From: a virus
Length of the DNA: 64,000 nt
IMG/VR virus record: IMGVR_UViG_3300035126_000842
Coordinates: 32,001 to 96,000 of that record
Direction: 5' to 3' (one strand)
The translations under genes and the position numbers were made by a program. Positions 30,422-41,112 of the stretch are shown here, piece after piece (position 1 is the stretch's first letter; each line of letters starts with the position of its first letter). The notes below the pieces were generated by a model. That model saw only the letters and a list, made by a program, of their open reading frames with translations. It was not told the DNA's origin and did not search any database.

Positions 30422-33400
30422 TTAAGATTTAGGGTTATTAGGAGTACATGGTTTGTTAAATATAGCCTTAGCATCAACTTCAGGTAAGTTGTCCATATCT
30501 TTACCAGACCCAGACGGTGTATCAATTTTTTCTCCTTCACCTGCAGATTCTTGTTTAAATGATAAGATCTTATTTTTGTTCTTAGAAACAGAATCTACAA
30601 AACTAGATATTGATTGTGATTTAAGCTGAGGCTCTGCACCTATTGCAGAAAATACAAAGTAATTTAAATTATCACCAACAATTTTTTCAAGTACAATAAA
30701 GTTTGTTAAAGGATTATTTAAATCAGTAATCGATACTGTTCCTAAACTAACATTAGCTAAGGTATTTATTACTTTTCGCAGAAACTGATTTTTATCCGAA
30801 ACAGTAGTCCTTTCAGAATTGTAAAAACTTTCAAAGTAATTAAAAAGCTCGGTTGCTTTTGTATCAAGGTTATCTCTTAAGCTACTAAATTCTGAATAAA
30901 AAGGAGATTCTTTAGTTAATATTTTACTGAAAAGCTCAATGATTTCGTTTGAATTTAAACTACTAACATTAACACCACTTAATTCAGTTATAAGATTGGT
31001 TAGCAAAGATTCATCAAAAATAATTCTATTAAAGAGATTCATTTTTAATCTGTAAAAAGCAGCTTCTGCTTCTACTACATCAGCACCTTTAAGTAAAACA
31101 TCGCTAAAAGTTTGTCCTTCAGTTAATACTATGACTTTTTTATCAAATTCATTTTCAGCTGCTATATACTTAGCAACATCAGTCTCACCTGTTAAAATTC
31201 TATTACGTAATATATCACTACGTTGTTCACTTAAAACTGCAATATCAGCGTCTTTAATAAATCTTTTACTGCCTGTTACGTAAATTTTATTTGTATTTTT
31301 TTCATTTTTTCCTTGATTTATTTGATTTAAAACAGGATTGTACACTAAACTATCTAGATTTTCATAACCTACTTTTTTATTAAAAGCATTGATTATAGCA
31401 AATATATTTTCATTTGTAAACTCCAAATCACCCGCAAAATTTTTTGTTTTATTTATTTCAGCAAGTCTGTTTAGCAATAAATCATCTACATCTATAAGAG
31501 TGTATTTTCTTTCACTTTCAGGACGACTATTGTATTCTTGTACTAACCGTGTTTTTCCTATACCAGGAGTACCGTATATAAGTTTACCTACAAAAAACTC
31601 AAGGAAATCTTCTGTGGGTTTTATTATATTGTCTAATAAGTTTTTGTTTTTATCAAAAACAGATTTACTTATACCAAACCTAGCAACAAACATTTCTTTT
31701 TGCTCAGGAGATGTTGCTGTTTTGTATAAAGAAACCGCCTGTCTATTATCTTCATTAAGAAGTGTATTGTACCAATACTCAAATAAACCTGGGTTTGCAT
31801 TAAAGAAATTATTAGAAAGCGTTGTTATCTCAGAAGGTTTACTTACAGAACCTTTTGTGTTGTTAAATACAAATACAGGAATTCCATTCACAGAAGTTAC
31901 TGTTACAGAACCAACCTGTTTATTGTCTTTGTATATAGGATAAGTAGTATCAAGTTTTATAGATGACACATTTCCTATACTAGACGTATTAGTTTGTGTA
32001 GCAGTTTCTGTAGCAACTGGTTCTTTTAAAGCAGCTAATTGTTTATAAGCATCACTATCTTTTCTACCAACTTTTTCAAGAGCTTGCATAGCTTGCTCTT
32101 TAGTCATTTCTCCTTTATTAACAGCATCTACATATTTTGCATCAGATATAGCGTTGATTCTATCGATATTTATTGGTAATTCTTTTTCAAGCTTATCAAG
32201 ACTTTTTTGTCTATCATCAATATTAAATTGATAAGTGCCATCTAAAGCTTCAAGTCCATTAGGATTATCTATTAATTTTTGTTTAAACGTTTCAATTCCT
32301 TTTAAATTAGTTCGTTTAGAAACATCATACTGTCTTTGATTTTCTTTTAACTCTTCCTGTCTTGTTTTTTCTATATCATCTATCTTAGCATCTACATTTG
32401 TCCCCGTAGGAGTTTCTTTTAAAGCAGCTAGTTCTCTTTCTAATTTAGCAATAGTTTCTTTTTGATCTTTTACAATTCTTTCTTGAGCATCTTTATTTGG
32501 ATAATTTGGAGATTCATATATTTGTAAACTTTGTTTAGCTTGATCTAACTTATACTCTAAATTTTCTTTTTTGTATAAGTCAAGGTAATTTTTAATATCA
32601 CCTTCCATAAATTTATCCTGCTGATCAAGTCCCTTTACTTTATCTGCTGCTTCTAGTAAATCTATAAGTTCTTTTGGAGCATATTTTTCAACAACTTCTT
32701 TTCTCTTTTCAGGACTTAATACAAGAGCATTTCCTGTTTTTGGATCAGATGCTTGAAACTCTCCATTAGATTGTTTTGGAAAAATAGACCACTGTCCTTT
32801 TTCAAAAAAAGCTAGAATATCAAAATTATCGCCTTTTAAAATTACTCTAAAATAAGCAGCTCCTTGAGCAGGCTCAAATAATCCTTTTACATTTTGTAAT
32901 CCAAATTTTTTTCTTTTAGCTTCTATATCAGAAACAGGAGCTGGTTTTTCTTTCTTAGGTTTAGCAGTCCGTTTTTGAGTTTCCTCTTTTTCTTTTTTAG
33001 CATCTTCTAATCTAGCTTCTGTTTTTTGAGCACTAGGTTTAGCAGTTGGGGTAGGTGCTTTTTTAGTTTCTGGTGCGCGTTGTTCTCTTGTAGGTTTACT
33101 AGGTGCAGCTTTCTCTAACTTAATTTTATATAAATCAGGATATAATACTGCAAGTAAATTGTTAAGGTACCGTATTTGGTTGTTGTATTTTTGAACAACA
33201 TTATACAAGTCATCAAGACGTTCTTTTTCTTTTTGTTTAGCTCCTTCTACAATTTCTATAGAATCTAGATTATTTTCTATAGCTTTTTCAAGTTCGTCAG
33301 CTTGTTTCCTTAATTTGTCGTATTCTGTTGTAGCAGAAGAATCCTCCGCATCGATTAACTTTCTTAGTTCTTCAGTGTTTAACCGTTTGAAGTTAGTATT

Positions 33401-36400
33401 CTTTTTAAATATTTCTAAGTCGTTAATAGCTTTAGTTGTAATTCTAACATACTCTTTAAGATAGAATACTGATTGTTTTATTGCTTTAACTAAACTAGCT
33501 ATTATTTTTTCTAGAACTGATTTCTTTTTGTTAATAGTTTCTATTTTTTCTTCTATCTCTTCAAAGCTCAAAGTTTCAAAGTTTTTGTTAGCTATCATAT
33601 TTCTATAATAGTTAATTTGATCAGATAGATCTTTATCTATTTTTTTAAGTTGTTCTAAGTCTTCTTTAAGATATTTAATCCTATTAGCTATATCGTTAAA
33701 CAACTGCTTTTCAGTTCTAAACTGTTTTTTATATTCTTCTATACTTAAAGTTATGTTTTGTCCTCTCTTTGACTTTCTAGCAGAATTTGATGATATTGCC
33801 TCTTCAAGAGTTTTAATAGTATTAAGTATTTTTTTAACTTCTTCAAAACCTAATTCAGAAGTTTCATCTAAAAGCTCATTTAAATATTCTAGTGTGTTTT
33901 CAACATTTGTAATACTTTGTTCACCTCTTTCTTTTCTTTTTTCAAGAATGCCTATTGTATTATTAATAAGTTCTATTCTTTCTTCTAAAGAAAGAAGGGA
34001 TGCATCAACAGGTTTTTTAACTTCTTCTTCAGAAACTTCTTCTTTTTTCTTTTCTTCTTCTGCTAAACCTTCTTCTGATTTTATTTCTTCTTCTGCTTTG
34101 GGTATAGGGGGTTGTTTTCTACCTACTTTAAGAGCTAATCGTTTTGTACCACTGCTTGAGTCTACAGAAGCTTCTATCTTAGTATAAGCTTTAGTTTTAT
34201 TACTATCCTGTATAGTTAAAGGTAATATAAACAAACCTGTTACTTTTATACCGGTTCTTTGTTCTAATAAATCAGCATAACTGTTCAACTGATTTTCGTC
34301 AGAATCTCTGTAGAAGAAAATGCTTTTTACATCAAAGTAAGGTTTTATTCCGTTTTCTTCTATACTTAAAAAGTTAGTTATTATTTCTCCTACTTCAGGA
34401 TCATCACGCAAATTTTTATCTTTGGAAACTATTTTGTTTTGGTTTTCTATTATTTTTTCTTTTACTAAATCGTATTTATCACCAGCTATTTTTTTAAGAG
34501 CTGCTTCCATAGCATACGCTTTTCTTCTATCAGAACTAGAAGTTTTAAGATCTATTAGTAAAGCTTCACCTTTATCATTTATTGCAAGAATATCTGGAGT
34601 TCCTGCTACAAATTGTCCGTCTATCTTTCCCCACAGCGTAGGTATATCAGCTCTAAGAGTATAACCTTGTGCTTCAATATTAGATATGAAATTTTCTAGA
34701 ACAGATCTGAGAGTATCTAAATTAGCATCAGTGAATTCAAAAGCTTCAGGATTTTCTTTTTGTAATTGACTATACGCTTCTTTAAACTTTTCTTTACTTA
34801 TAGTTTTATCACCGATAAGAGTTCTTAATAAACCATCTATTATGTTACCTCGGTGACTAAACTTTTCAGTTGCAAATTCTTTAGTTCTATATAAACTAGT
34901 TACACGTATCCACTCTAAAGTACCGTCTATAGGATTACCCTCTTCATCAACTTGTACATAATATGACCTTTTAGTATCAGGGTCTTTTACTATTTTAAAC
35001 TTAGCATTATTTAATAACTCCAATGCTTCTTCTATTTCTTCTTTTGTAGTAGGAGTAGATGCTGCATTTTCTATGTTTTGAGCTAGCTTATCAAATTTAT
35101 CTATTGCGCTAACAAAAGAAAATCTTAGCGGACTATTAAAAATAGATTTAGCAAGTGCCTCTACAGCTTCATCAGATAATCCAGAATTTGATTTACGTAT
35201 CTTATCTTTGATTCGCTCAAAATCTTTTTTATCCTTACTTAATTGTTCTGCAGCTTTCTTTTTCTTTTCTTTAAGCTTTTCGGTTTCTTTATCTACTTTA
35301 GATAAAGCTACCTTTTTATCATAAAAAGCATTAAGCAGTTCATCATATTCGTCAGATAAACGATCTACAGGAATAACAGAATCTGTTACGTCTGCACTAG
35401 GTTTTATAAAATCAACACTACCATCTTCATATTCATTTATAAATACACCATACGTGCTGAACATAAAATTGTAAAGAGCATTGTGCTCTAACAAACTAAC
35501 CCCTCTGTTAACCATATTAGCAACAAAGCTAGCATCGTTTAATATTTTCTCTAGATAATCAGTAGTATCATTTACTGTTGTAGCAAAACCTTGAGGATCT
35601 TGTAAAACTGAAATTATACTAGTAAGTAATTCGTTTTCAGATTCTAAGGAAATATAATCTAAAATGTAATTAAGAGATTCGTTTATATTTTCAGTTTTGA
35701 CTACAGAACTTTTTCTTTCAGGATTTTTATTTAGTAGATCTATGTAAAGTTTATAGTCATTAAGTAAATTCTGTCTTTCTTCATCCGTAAATTCAGTATT
35801 AGATTTAATTTTAGTTCTAAACGAATCAAACTTTTTAGCTAACTCTTGTAAAGCTGCTATCTTTTGTTTAAGATAATTTTCTTTTACTTTAGCCTTTTCT
35901 CTATCTTCAGGTGTAGTGGTAGGAGAACTTTGTGTAGATTTAGCTAGTTCAATTTCTTGTATAAGCTGATCTATTTTGTATCCATTTAATCTAAAAGAAT
36001 CTACTAATACTAAAACATCATCAGAATCTATTTCTCCAAATTCAGGGAGCATAGTCATCATAGATTCTAACATTTTGCTTTTTCTAGCTGTACCATCCAT
36101 TATAGTATCTTCAGCCATTATAAGCATTTTTCTTACTGTTTCAATCGCATTCTTTTTTGCCAGTAGTTTTGCATACATGGGGTCTTTTTTATCAACCCCT
36201 TTTAAACTTACAGGATTAACAAAATTATATTTATCATGTAGTTTTTTAATAGACTCTGCTCCAGAAATAGCTTTTGCAATATCAGATCTTAGTTGTGGAA
36301 CTTCAGTAATGTCTTTACCAAAAGCTTCAGCTAATGATTTATCATCTAATTCAAGTTGACTTCTATAATCATCAACAAGATTATTATAGAATCCTCCTTT

Positions 36401-38227
36401 AATAGCATTAGAAACATGTTCAAATATAGATAATCTTTGCGCGTCTTTTGATAATTTAACATTACCTGTTTGACTAGCAGCATTCATTGTTTTGTTAGCA
36501 GCACTTTGTTGAGCAGCATTTACAGCATTAGGATTAAGTATGTCTGCATAACCTCTACCTAAATCTAAAAAGTTTTTATCAAGAAAATTAGCAGATTCTT
36601 CAAATCCTAATTTTAGTTTTTCTTTTTCCTCTTGATATGCTTTAAATTTTTCAGGATCGTAAATTCTTTGACCTGCTGTTAATCCTAAGTTTGCTAGCTT
36701 ACCCATTCCCCCCATTAAACCGCCCGTTAAGAAACCACTAAAGAAAGTTTCTAAACCTTGTGCTGTAAATTGTTCTCCTAACCCTAGTGCGACAGATTCT
36801 TTAAGCAGCATGTGCTGGTCTATCATAGGATTTTCAAATAGCTTGGTGTAATAATTTATAACACCGGCACTGGTAGCTTCCTGTAAATTTTCTTGAATTG
36901 CTTCTGCAAAGTTGTACCTGGTATAATTAAGAAATGATTTTCCTATTTCAGTAGGTCTAAGACCTGCTGATACTTTTTGCAAAGGAGTACTAAGATATTT
37001 ATAACCTTGTCCTTTTATTTTAGAAATACTACCAAACTGATTAACTTCATCTAATGCACTTAATAAACCTGTACCTTTAGGTAATTGTTTTATGATATTA
37101 TCTAATCCTACTTTATTAGAAAAGAAAATAAGAGGTAGATTTATCATCGTAGTAGCAAAAGCTGCATTTTCAGCAGCTGCTCTAATACCTGCAATTTTTT
37201 CTTCTGTAGGGTATTGTCCTGTAGCATCATACTCTTTTCTTATTCCGTCTTCAACCATTTGATTGATAACAAGACCTCCTTCCATTTGAGCTTCATTAAG
37301 AACTCTAGCAGCTGCTCTTACATCCGCGTAAAAAGCACCAAAAGAAGTAGCTGTTTTACCAAGAGCATTTAATCCTTTAAAAGTTTCAGGATAATTTTTT
37401 AGTAAAGTTGCAGTATTTGAAAGAGGGTTAAAAAAATTAGCTACCGGACCATCTAAAGCTTTACCTATTTTACTAAAATCATATATGCTTTTAACTTCAT
37501 CAGCATTTCTTGCTAATTTAAAAATAGTCTCGTTTGCATTAAATACTTTGTTTATATTTCTAACAAACTTACCAACATTAAGAGCTGTACCTGTAGCTAA
37601 TAAACCAGCGCCAGGAGCAAGACCTATTCCTGAACTACTTAATAATCCAGCAGTTGCTGCAATAACAGCTTCTTCTATAATAGCACTACCTGCAATACCA
37701 AGAGTAATACCTGTATTAAGTAAAAAGTTATTAGTAAATGCACCAAACCCACCACTAGTGTCATATCCTAATTTCATCATTCTGGATATAGAACCAGCTG
37801 ATTCTTCGTCATAGTTTAAAGGATCAAATAAATCTAAAGTAGAAATGAAAGGTTTATTAGAAGCAAACGATTCCATTGCTATATGACCCATTGCTTTAGC
37901 AGATCTCCCTAAATTTGACATCCAAGAACTATTCTCATTATATAGTCTATCGTTATCTCTCCAAGGTGAATAACCTAATCTGCTAAAATTAGGGTGCATA
38001 TAGTACCTTTCAAATGTAAGATTCATTTGAGAATCACCATATACTGAAGGAACACCTCCTGATGTAGAAACCAAAGACGGTGTAGTCTTAATGTTTTCTT
38101 TTAACATCTGAGCTGCAACATCTCCATTAAAAGTAGTATTCTGTGGAGCGCCCGTTACATTACCAAATTGATAAGCGCTATATATAGCAGAATCTATATC
38201 TTTTTGTAAATCGCTAAAATTATCCAT
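30422..38227 (-). CDS. Giant polyvalent virion cargo protein (2601 aa): hydrophobic N-terminal segments, PD-(D/E)xK nuclease, P-loop kinase-like domain
   Basis: G/A-rich hydrophobic stretch near residues 170-220. AGTPDILAINDKGEALLIDLKTS...QLNSY at about 34240-34920. IYGTPGIGKT...LIDVDD at about 31100-31590. Its only Cys is C2594. Confidence 0.75.
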   Translation of the reverse strand: MDNFSDLQKDIDSAIYSAYQFGNVTGAPQNTTFNGDVAAQMLKENIKTTPSLVSTSGGVPSVYGDSQMNLTFERYYMHPNFSRLGYSPWRDNDRLYNENSSWMSNLGRSAKAMGHIAMESFASNKPFISTLDLFDPLNYDEESAGSISRMMKLGYDTSGGFGAFTNNFLLNTGITLGIAGSAIIEEAVIAATAGLLSSSGIGLAPGAGLLATGTALNVGKFVRNINKVFNANETIFKLARNADEVKSIYDFSKIGKALDGPVANFFNPLSNTATLLKNYPETFKGLNALGKTATSFGAFYADVRAAARVLNEAQMEGGLVINQMVEDGIRKEYDATGQYPTEEKIAGIRAAAENAAFATTMINLPLIFFSNKVGLDNIIKQLPKGTGLLSALDEVNQFGSISKIKGQGYKYLSTPLQKVSAGLRPTEIGKSFLNYTRYNFAEAIQENLQEATSAGVINYYTKLFENPMIDQHMLLKESVALGLGEQFTAQGLETFFSGFLTGGLMGGMGKLANLGLTAGQRIYDPEKFKAYQEEKEKLKLGFEESANFLDKNFLDLGRGYADILNPNAVNAAQQSAANKTMNAASQTGNVKLSKDAQRLSIFEHVSNAIKGGFYNNLVDDYRSQLELDDKSLAEAFGKDITEVPQLRSDIAKAISGAESIKKLHDKYNFVNPVSLKGVDKKDPMYAKLLAKKNAIETVRKMLIMAEDTIMDGTARKSKMLESMMTMLPEFGEIDSDDVLVLVDSFRLNGYKIDQLIQEIELAKSTQSSPTTTPEDREKAKVKENYLKQKIAALQELAKKFDSFRTKIKSNTEFTDEERQNLLNDYKLYIDLLNKNPERKSSVVKTENINESLNYILDYISLESENELLTSIISVLQDPQGFATTVNDTTDYLEKILNDASFVANMVNRGVSLLEHNALYNFMFSTYGVFINEYEDGSVDFIKPSADVTDSVIPVDRLSDEYDELLNAFYDKKVALSKVDKETEKLKEKKKKAAEQLSKDKKDFERIKDKIRKSNSGLSDEAVEALAKSIFNSPLRFSFVSAIDKFDKLAQNIENAASTPTTKEEIEEALELLNNAKFKIVKDPDTKRSYYVQVDEEGNPIDGTLEWIRVTSLYRTKEFATEKFSHRGNIIDGLLRTLIGDKTISKEKFKEAYSQLQKENPEAFEFTDANLDTLRSVLENFISNIEAQGYTLRADIPTLWGKIDGQFVAGTPDILAINDKGEALLIDLKTSSSDRRKAYAMEAALKKIAGDKYDLVKEKIIENQNKIVSKDKNLRDDPEVGEIITNFLSIEENGIKPYFDVKSIFFYRDSDENQLNSYADLLEQRTGIKVTGLFILPLTIQDSNKTKAYTKIEASVDSSSGTKRLALKVGRKQPPIPKAEEEIKSEEGLAEEEKKKEEVSEEEVKKPVDASLLSLEERIELINNTIGILEKRKERGEQSITNVENTLEYLNELLDETSELGFEEVKKILNTIKTLEEAISSNSARKSKRGQNITLSIEEYKKQFRTEKQLFNDIANRIKYLKEDLEQLKKIDKDLSDQINYYRNMIANKNFETLSFEEIEEKIETINKKKSVLEKIIASLVKAIKQSVFYLKEYVRITTKAINDLEIFKKNTNFKRLNTEELRKLIDAEDSSATTEYDKLRKQADELEKAIENNLDSIEIVEGAKQKEKERLDDLYNVVQKYNNQIRYLNNLLAVLYPDLYKIKLEKAAPSKPTREQRAPETKKAPTPTAKPSAQKTEARLEDAKKEKEETQKRTAKPKKEKPAPVSDIEAKRKKFGLQNVKGLFEPAQGAAYFRVILKGDNFDILAFFEKGQWSIFPKQSNGEFQASDPKTGNALVLSPEKRKEVVEKYAPKELIDLLEAADKVKGLDQQDKFMEGDIKNYLDLYKKENLEYKLDQAKQSLQIYESPNYPNKDAQERIVKDQKETIAKLERELAALKETPTGTNVDAKIDDIEKTRQEELKENQRQYDVSKRTNLKGIETFKQKLIDNPNGLEALDGTYQFNIDDRQKSLDKLEKELPINIDRINAISDAKYVDAVNKGEMTKEQAMQALEKVGRKDSDAYKQLAALKEPVATETATQTNTSSIGNVSSIKLDTTYPIYKDNKQVGSVTVTSVNGIPVFVFNNTKGSVSKPSEITTLSNNFFNANPGLFEYWYNTLLNEDNRQAVSLYKTATSPEQKEMFVARFGISKSVFDKNKNLLDNIIKPTEDFLEFFVGKLIYGTPGIGKTRLVQEYNSRPESERKYTLIDVDDLLLNRLAEINKTKNFAGDLEFTNENIFAIINAFNKKVGYENLDSLVYNPVLNQINQGKNEKNTNKIYVTGSKRFIKDADIAVLSEQRSDILRNRILTGETDVAKYIAAENEFDKKVIVLTEGQTFSDVLLKGADVVEAEAAFYRLKMNLFNRIIFDESLLTNLITELSGVNVSSLNSNEIIELFSKILTKESPFYSEFSSLRDNLDTKATELFNYFESFYNSERTTVSDKNQFLRKVINTLANVSLGTVSITDLNNPLTNFIVLEKIVGDNLNYFVFSAIGAEPQLKSQSISSFVDSVSKNKNKILSFKQESAGEGEKIDTPSGSGKDMDNLPEVDAKAIFNKPCTPNNPKS
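32021..32430. repeat. 17-bp exact direct repeat (TTCTTTTAAAGCAGCTA) encoding LAALKE
   Basis: Copies at 32021-32037 and 32414-32430. A companion TTCTATATCA (DIE) occurs at 32369-32378 and 32921-32930. Confidence 0.75.
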
Positions 38228-41112
38228 TATTTAATTCTTAGTAAATTATACAATTCTGTTTTTGAAACAAAGTCTGTTTGTAAATTTTGATTCTCGTTTG
38301 CTACTTTATTATTTTTAGTAGCTATTCCTGTAGAAATACTTTTAACACCCTGTAATATATATTCTTCAGGATCACTACTTCCTATTGGTATGTAACTGTT
38401 ACCTTTAAAAACTCCATTAAAGTTTAGATAACTATAGATCTGACCATCTTCTGCTCTAAAAAGATTTAATTCATAGCTATCTCCCGAAATAGGATCTTCA
38501 ACAGTTTGAGTTATTTTTCCCCCTCCTTTGAGTACAGTATTTGCTGCATTAAAATTAGAAGTAGCATTTACAAAACTACTCCTATCTGAATTTTTATCTA
38601 CTTCTACAATAATTTGAGAAACTTCTTTTACGTTTTTACCTGTCGTTTTTGCTATTGCTTCTGCTGTAGTAGGAGCAATATTTATTTTATAAAGTACTTT
38701 AGAATCATCATATTCTTTTTTGTATGTAAGATTTTCGCTTCTTTCAATACTATTGATTTGCAGTACATTACTTTTTTGAGGATTTGAAAAACCTGCTTTT
38801 AATTGAGCTATAACATCGGCACCAACTTCAAGTTCTTCATATTTATTTCCATCGGGATAATAAAACTTTATTTTACTTCCGGGTTCATTAGTAGCTACAT
38901 TATATAAACTTTCGAGCATAGAAAGAGTAGTTTTTTTCTCAGGTGTCGTATCCGTACTACTAACTGTTGTAGGAATACCTATAGCAGGGTAAGATATTAC
39001 AGGATTGCCTAATTGATCTAATTTCAAATCAGCACCTATTATTTTAGGTTTAGTCGTTGAAGAATTATATGCTTTTGATTTAGCTCTAGTTAAAATATCT
39101 TGTAGTTCTAATAAAGTACCTAACTTTTTATTGAACATTTTTGTAGAACTAATTTTTTCAAAAAGAGGTGTTAATACTAAACCTAACGGATTTGTCATTT
39201 CTGCACTACTAGAAGTAGAGGGTGTTTCTTTTATTATTAACTCCTTTAAAGCATCTTCATTAATACCTTTGCTTCCGTCTTCTGATGAAAATAATTTTTT
39301 TATTTCTGCTTGACTAAAGATATTACTGGACGCTATAGTTTGCATTAATTCAGTAAATTCTGGATTCGTCATCAATCTTGCATAAACTAAAATTCTATTA
39401 TTATTAAAAGCACTTATTGCTTCTTTAGAAGCAGTTTCATTTAAATCTATTGAAGTTTTTAATGCTGTTAATTGTCCTTGAATATTAGGAACTGTTGTAG
39501 AAGCTGTTTTAGCCATAGCATCACTTACACTTCTGTACAACATAGTTAATGTAGAAACTTTACCTTTAGGTCCATCTTGCAATGTTTTAGGATCTAAATT
39601 TTGTAACTCTTCCATGTTATATACAGCACCATCTTGTTTTTTAAACAACTTAGCCCTATCTGCAGGACTTAAATTTTGATATAGTGTTATAAGATATTCT
39701 TTTTGTCCTTTTTGAGCTTGAGTAGCATAAGCGAGCGCTTGATCTCTATTATGTTTTTCTATTTCATCTATAGGTCTTGTAGCACTTTCACCTTGATTCA
39801 TAAGTTGTACTCCTCCTTCAGGAGTAACACCAGGTATATTTGCAGCATTTTCAAGGTTAAATTTAAACTGCTCTTTAGCCATATCCATGCGAGCTCTAAG
39901 TATGATATTATCTTTATCATTTTGATCTCTCATTTTTTCTATAGCAACATCATAATTAAACTTTTGCTCATTTACTGCAAAAGGGTTAGCGTCTATATCA
40001 ACTTCTTTTTTAAGTGCACTATAAGATTTAGCAAAAGACCTTATTTGATTGCTTAATAAAAGTGAAGATACTTGGTTATCAATTTGAGCAGCGTTTGCAT
40101 TTTCTTTAAATGATTCAAATTCTTGTTGTCTTTCTAAAATACTTTCTTTATTAGATTCAAGCATTTCAATTATTTGACTAAATTGTTCAATTCGTTGCAT
40201 TGTTCTACTGCCTTTTGGTACTTTACCACCAGACGCATCAACAAGTTGTTTAGCTTGAAACTGTATTTTTTCTATAGAAGTATTAATGTTTTTTAAATCT
40301 TCAGCGGTTGATTTATCTATACTTGTTAAAATTTCTTCATTATATTTTATATCAGCTTCTGCTCTAGGTAGTCCTGAACTTCTTATAAATCTTTCTCTTT
40401 GAACAGAAGCTTTATTTCTCATGTACTCTTGCACTTGAGGATCTGAAGCAATAGCATTATGTAAAATACTATTAAGATGTGCTTGTACTTCATCTCCCAT
40501 TTTAGTTTTTACAATCCATTGTCCTTGAACTTCAGTAACTTTAGCACTAGGTTCTATTTCTTTTATAAGATCAGTAAGTCTTTTAGGTATTTTAGGATCA
40601 TATACGTATCTTATAGGATTAGCTTTAAGCGCTTCTTCAGGAGTCATGTTCTTAAAATTTTCTAACCAATAATTTATAGCTTCTTCACTCTCTGGGTTGT
40701 AACCATCATTACATTTTTTAGGATCAGCACACTCTCTTGCGTCATATCCTTTTTGTAATTCTGCAGCTGCAATTTTAGTTGCAGCTACATCTTTTAAAAA
40801 AAGTTGGTTATTAATAAGCGGGTCAAATATTCTTTCTGCTACTGAAACATTTTGAGGTTTGCTAAGATCTACAGTAGAAATCTGCTTTATTGCTTTATCA
40901 GCAGCTTTCATAAAAGCTTTTCTAGTTTCTTTAGTATCATCTCTAGAAAGCTTTGCGTTTAATAAACTATCTTGTATGCTTTTTATTTTAGCATAATTAG
41001 CATCGTACTGTGATTGTTTAATTTTAAGAGTCTGTTGAATTAACCCTAAATCTGGTATATCGTTCTGAAACTGAGGTATATAATCAGTTACGCCAGGAAT
41101 AAAAGTAGCCAT
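38227..41112 (-). CDS. Putative virion cargo protein (961 aa)
   Basis: Lies between the C1-like cargo gene and the giant cargo genes, as in crAss-like phages. Mostly helical, with a single Cys pair ECADPKKC. Confidence 0.6.
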   Translation of the reverse strand: MATFIPGVTDYIPQFQNDIPDLGLIQQTLKIKQSQYDANYAKIKSIQDSLLNAKLSRDDTKETRKAFMKAADKAIKQISTVDLSKPQNVSVAERIFDPLINNQLFLKDVAATKIAAAELQKGYDARECADPKKCNDGYNPESEEAINYWLENFKNMTPEEALKANPIRYVYDPKIPKRLTDLIKEIEPSAKVTEVQGQWIVKTKMGDEVQAHLNSILHNAIASDPQVQEYMRNKASVQRERFIRSSGLPRAEADIKYNEEILTSIDKSTAEDLKNINTSIEKIQFQAKQLVDASGGKVPKGSRTMQRIEQFSQIIEMLESNKESILERQQEFESFKENANAAQIDNQVSSLLLSNQIRSFAKSYSALKKEVDIDANPFAVNEQKFNYDVAIEKMRDQNDKDNIILRARMDMAKEQFKFNLENAANIPGVTPEGGVQLMNQGESATRPIDEIEKHNRDQALAYATQAQKGQKEYLITLYQNLSPADRAKLFKKQDGAVYNMEELQNLDPKTLQDGPKGKVSTLTMLYRSVSDAMAKTASTTVPNIQGQLTALKTSIDLNETASKEAISAFNNNRILVYARLMTNPEFTELMQTIASSNIFSQAEIKKLFSSEDGSKGINEDALKELIIKETPSTSSSAEMTNPLGLVLTPLFEKISSTKMFNKKLGTLLELQDILTRAKSKAYNSSTTKPKIIGADLKLDQLGNPVISYPAIGIPTTVSSTDTTPEKKTTLSMLESLYNVATNEPGSKIKFYYPDGNKYEELEVGADVIAQLKAGFSNPQKSNVLQINSIERSENLTYKKEYDDSKVLYKINIAPTTAEAIAKTTGKNVKEVSQIIVEVDKNSDRSSFVNATSNFNAANTVLKGGGKITQTVEDPISGDSYELNLFRAEDGQIYSYLNFNGVFKGNSYIPIGSSDPEEYILQGVKSISTGIATKNNKVANENQNLQTDFVSKTELYNLLRIK

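Noticed and set aside
10166-38227. Intein or protein-splicing explanation for the terminal cysteines
   Set aside because: No intein blocks or His-Asn-Cys ends are visible. The N-terminal Cys are at positions 3-8 rather than 1-2, and several C-terminal Cys are followed by extra residues.
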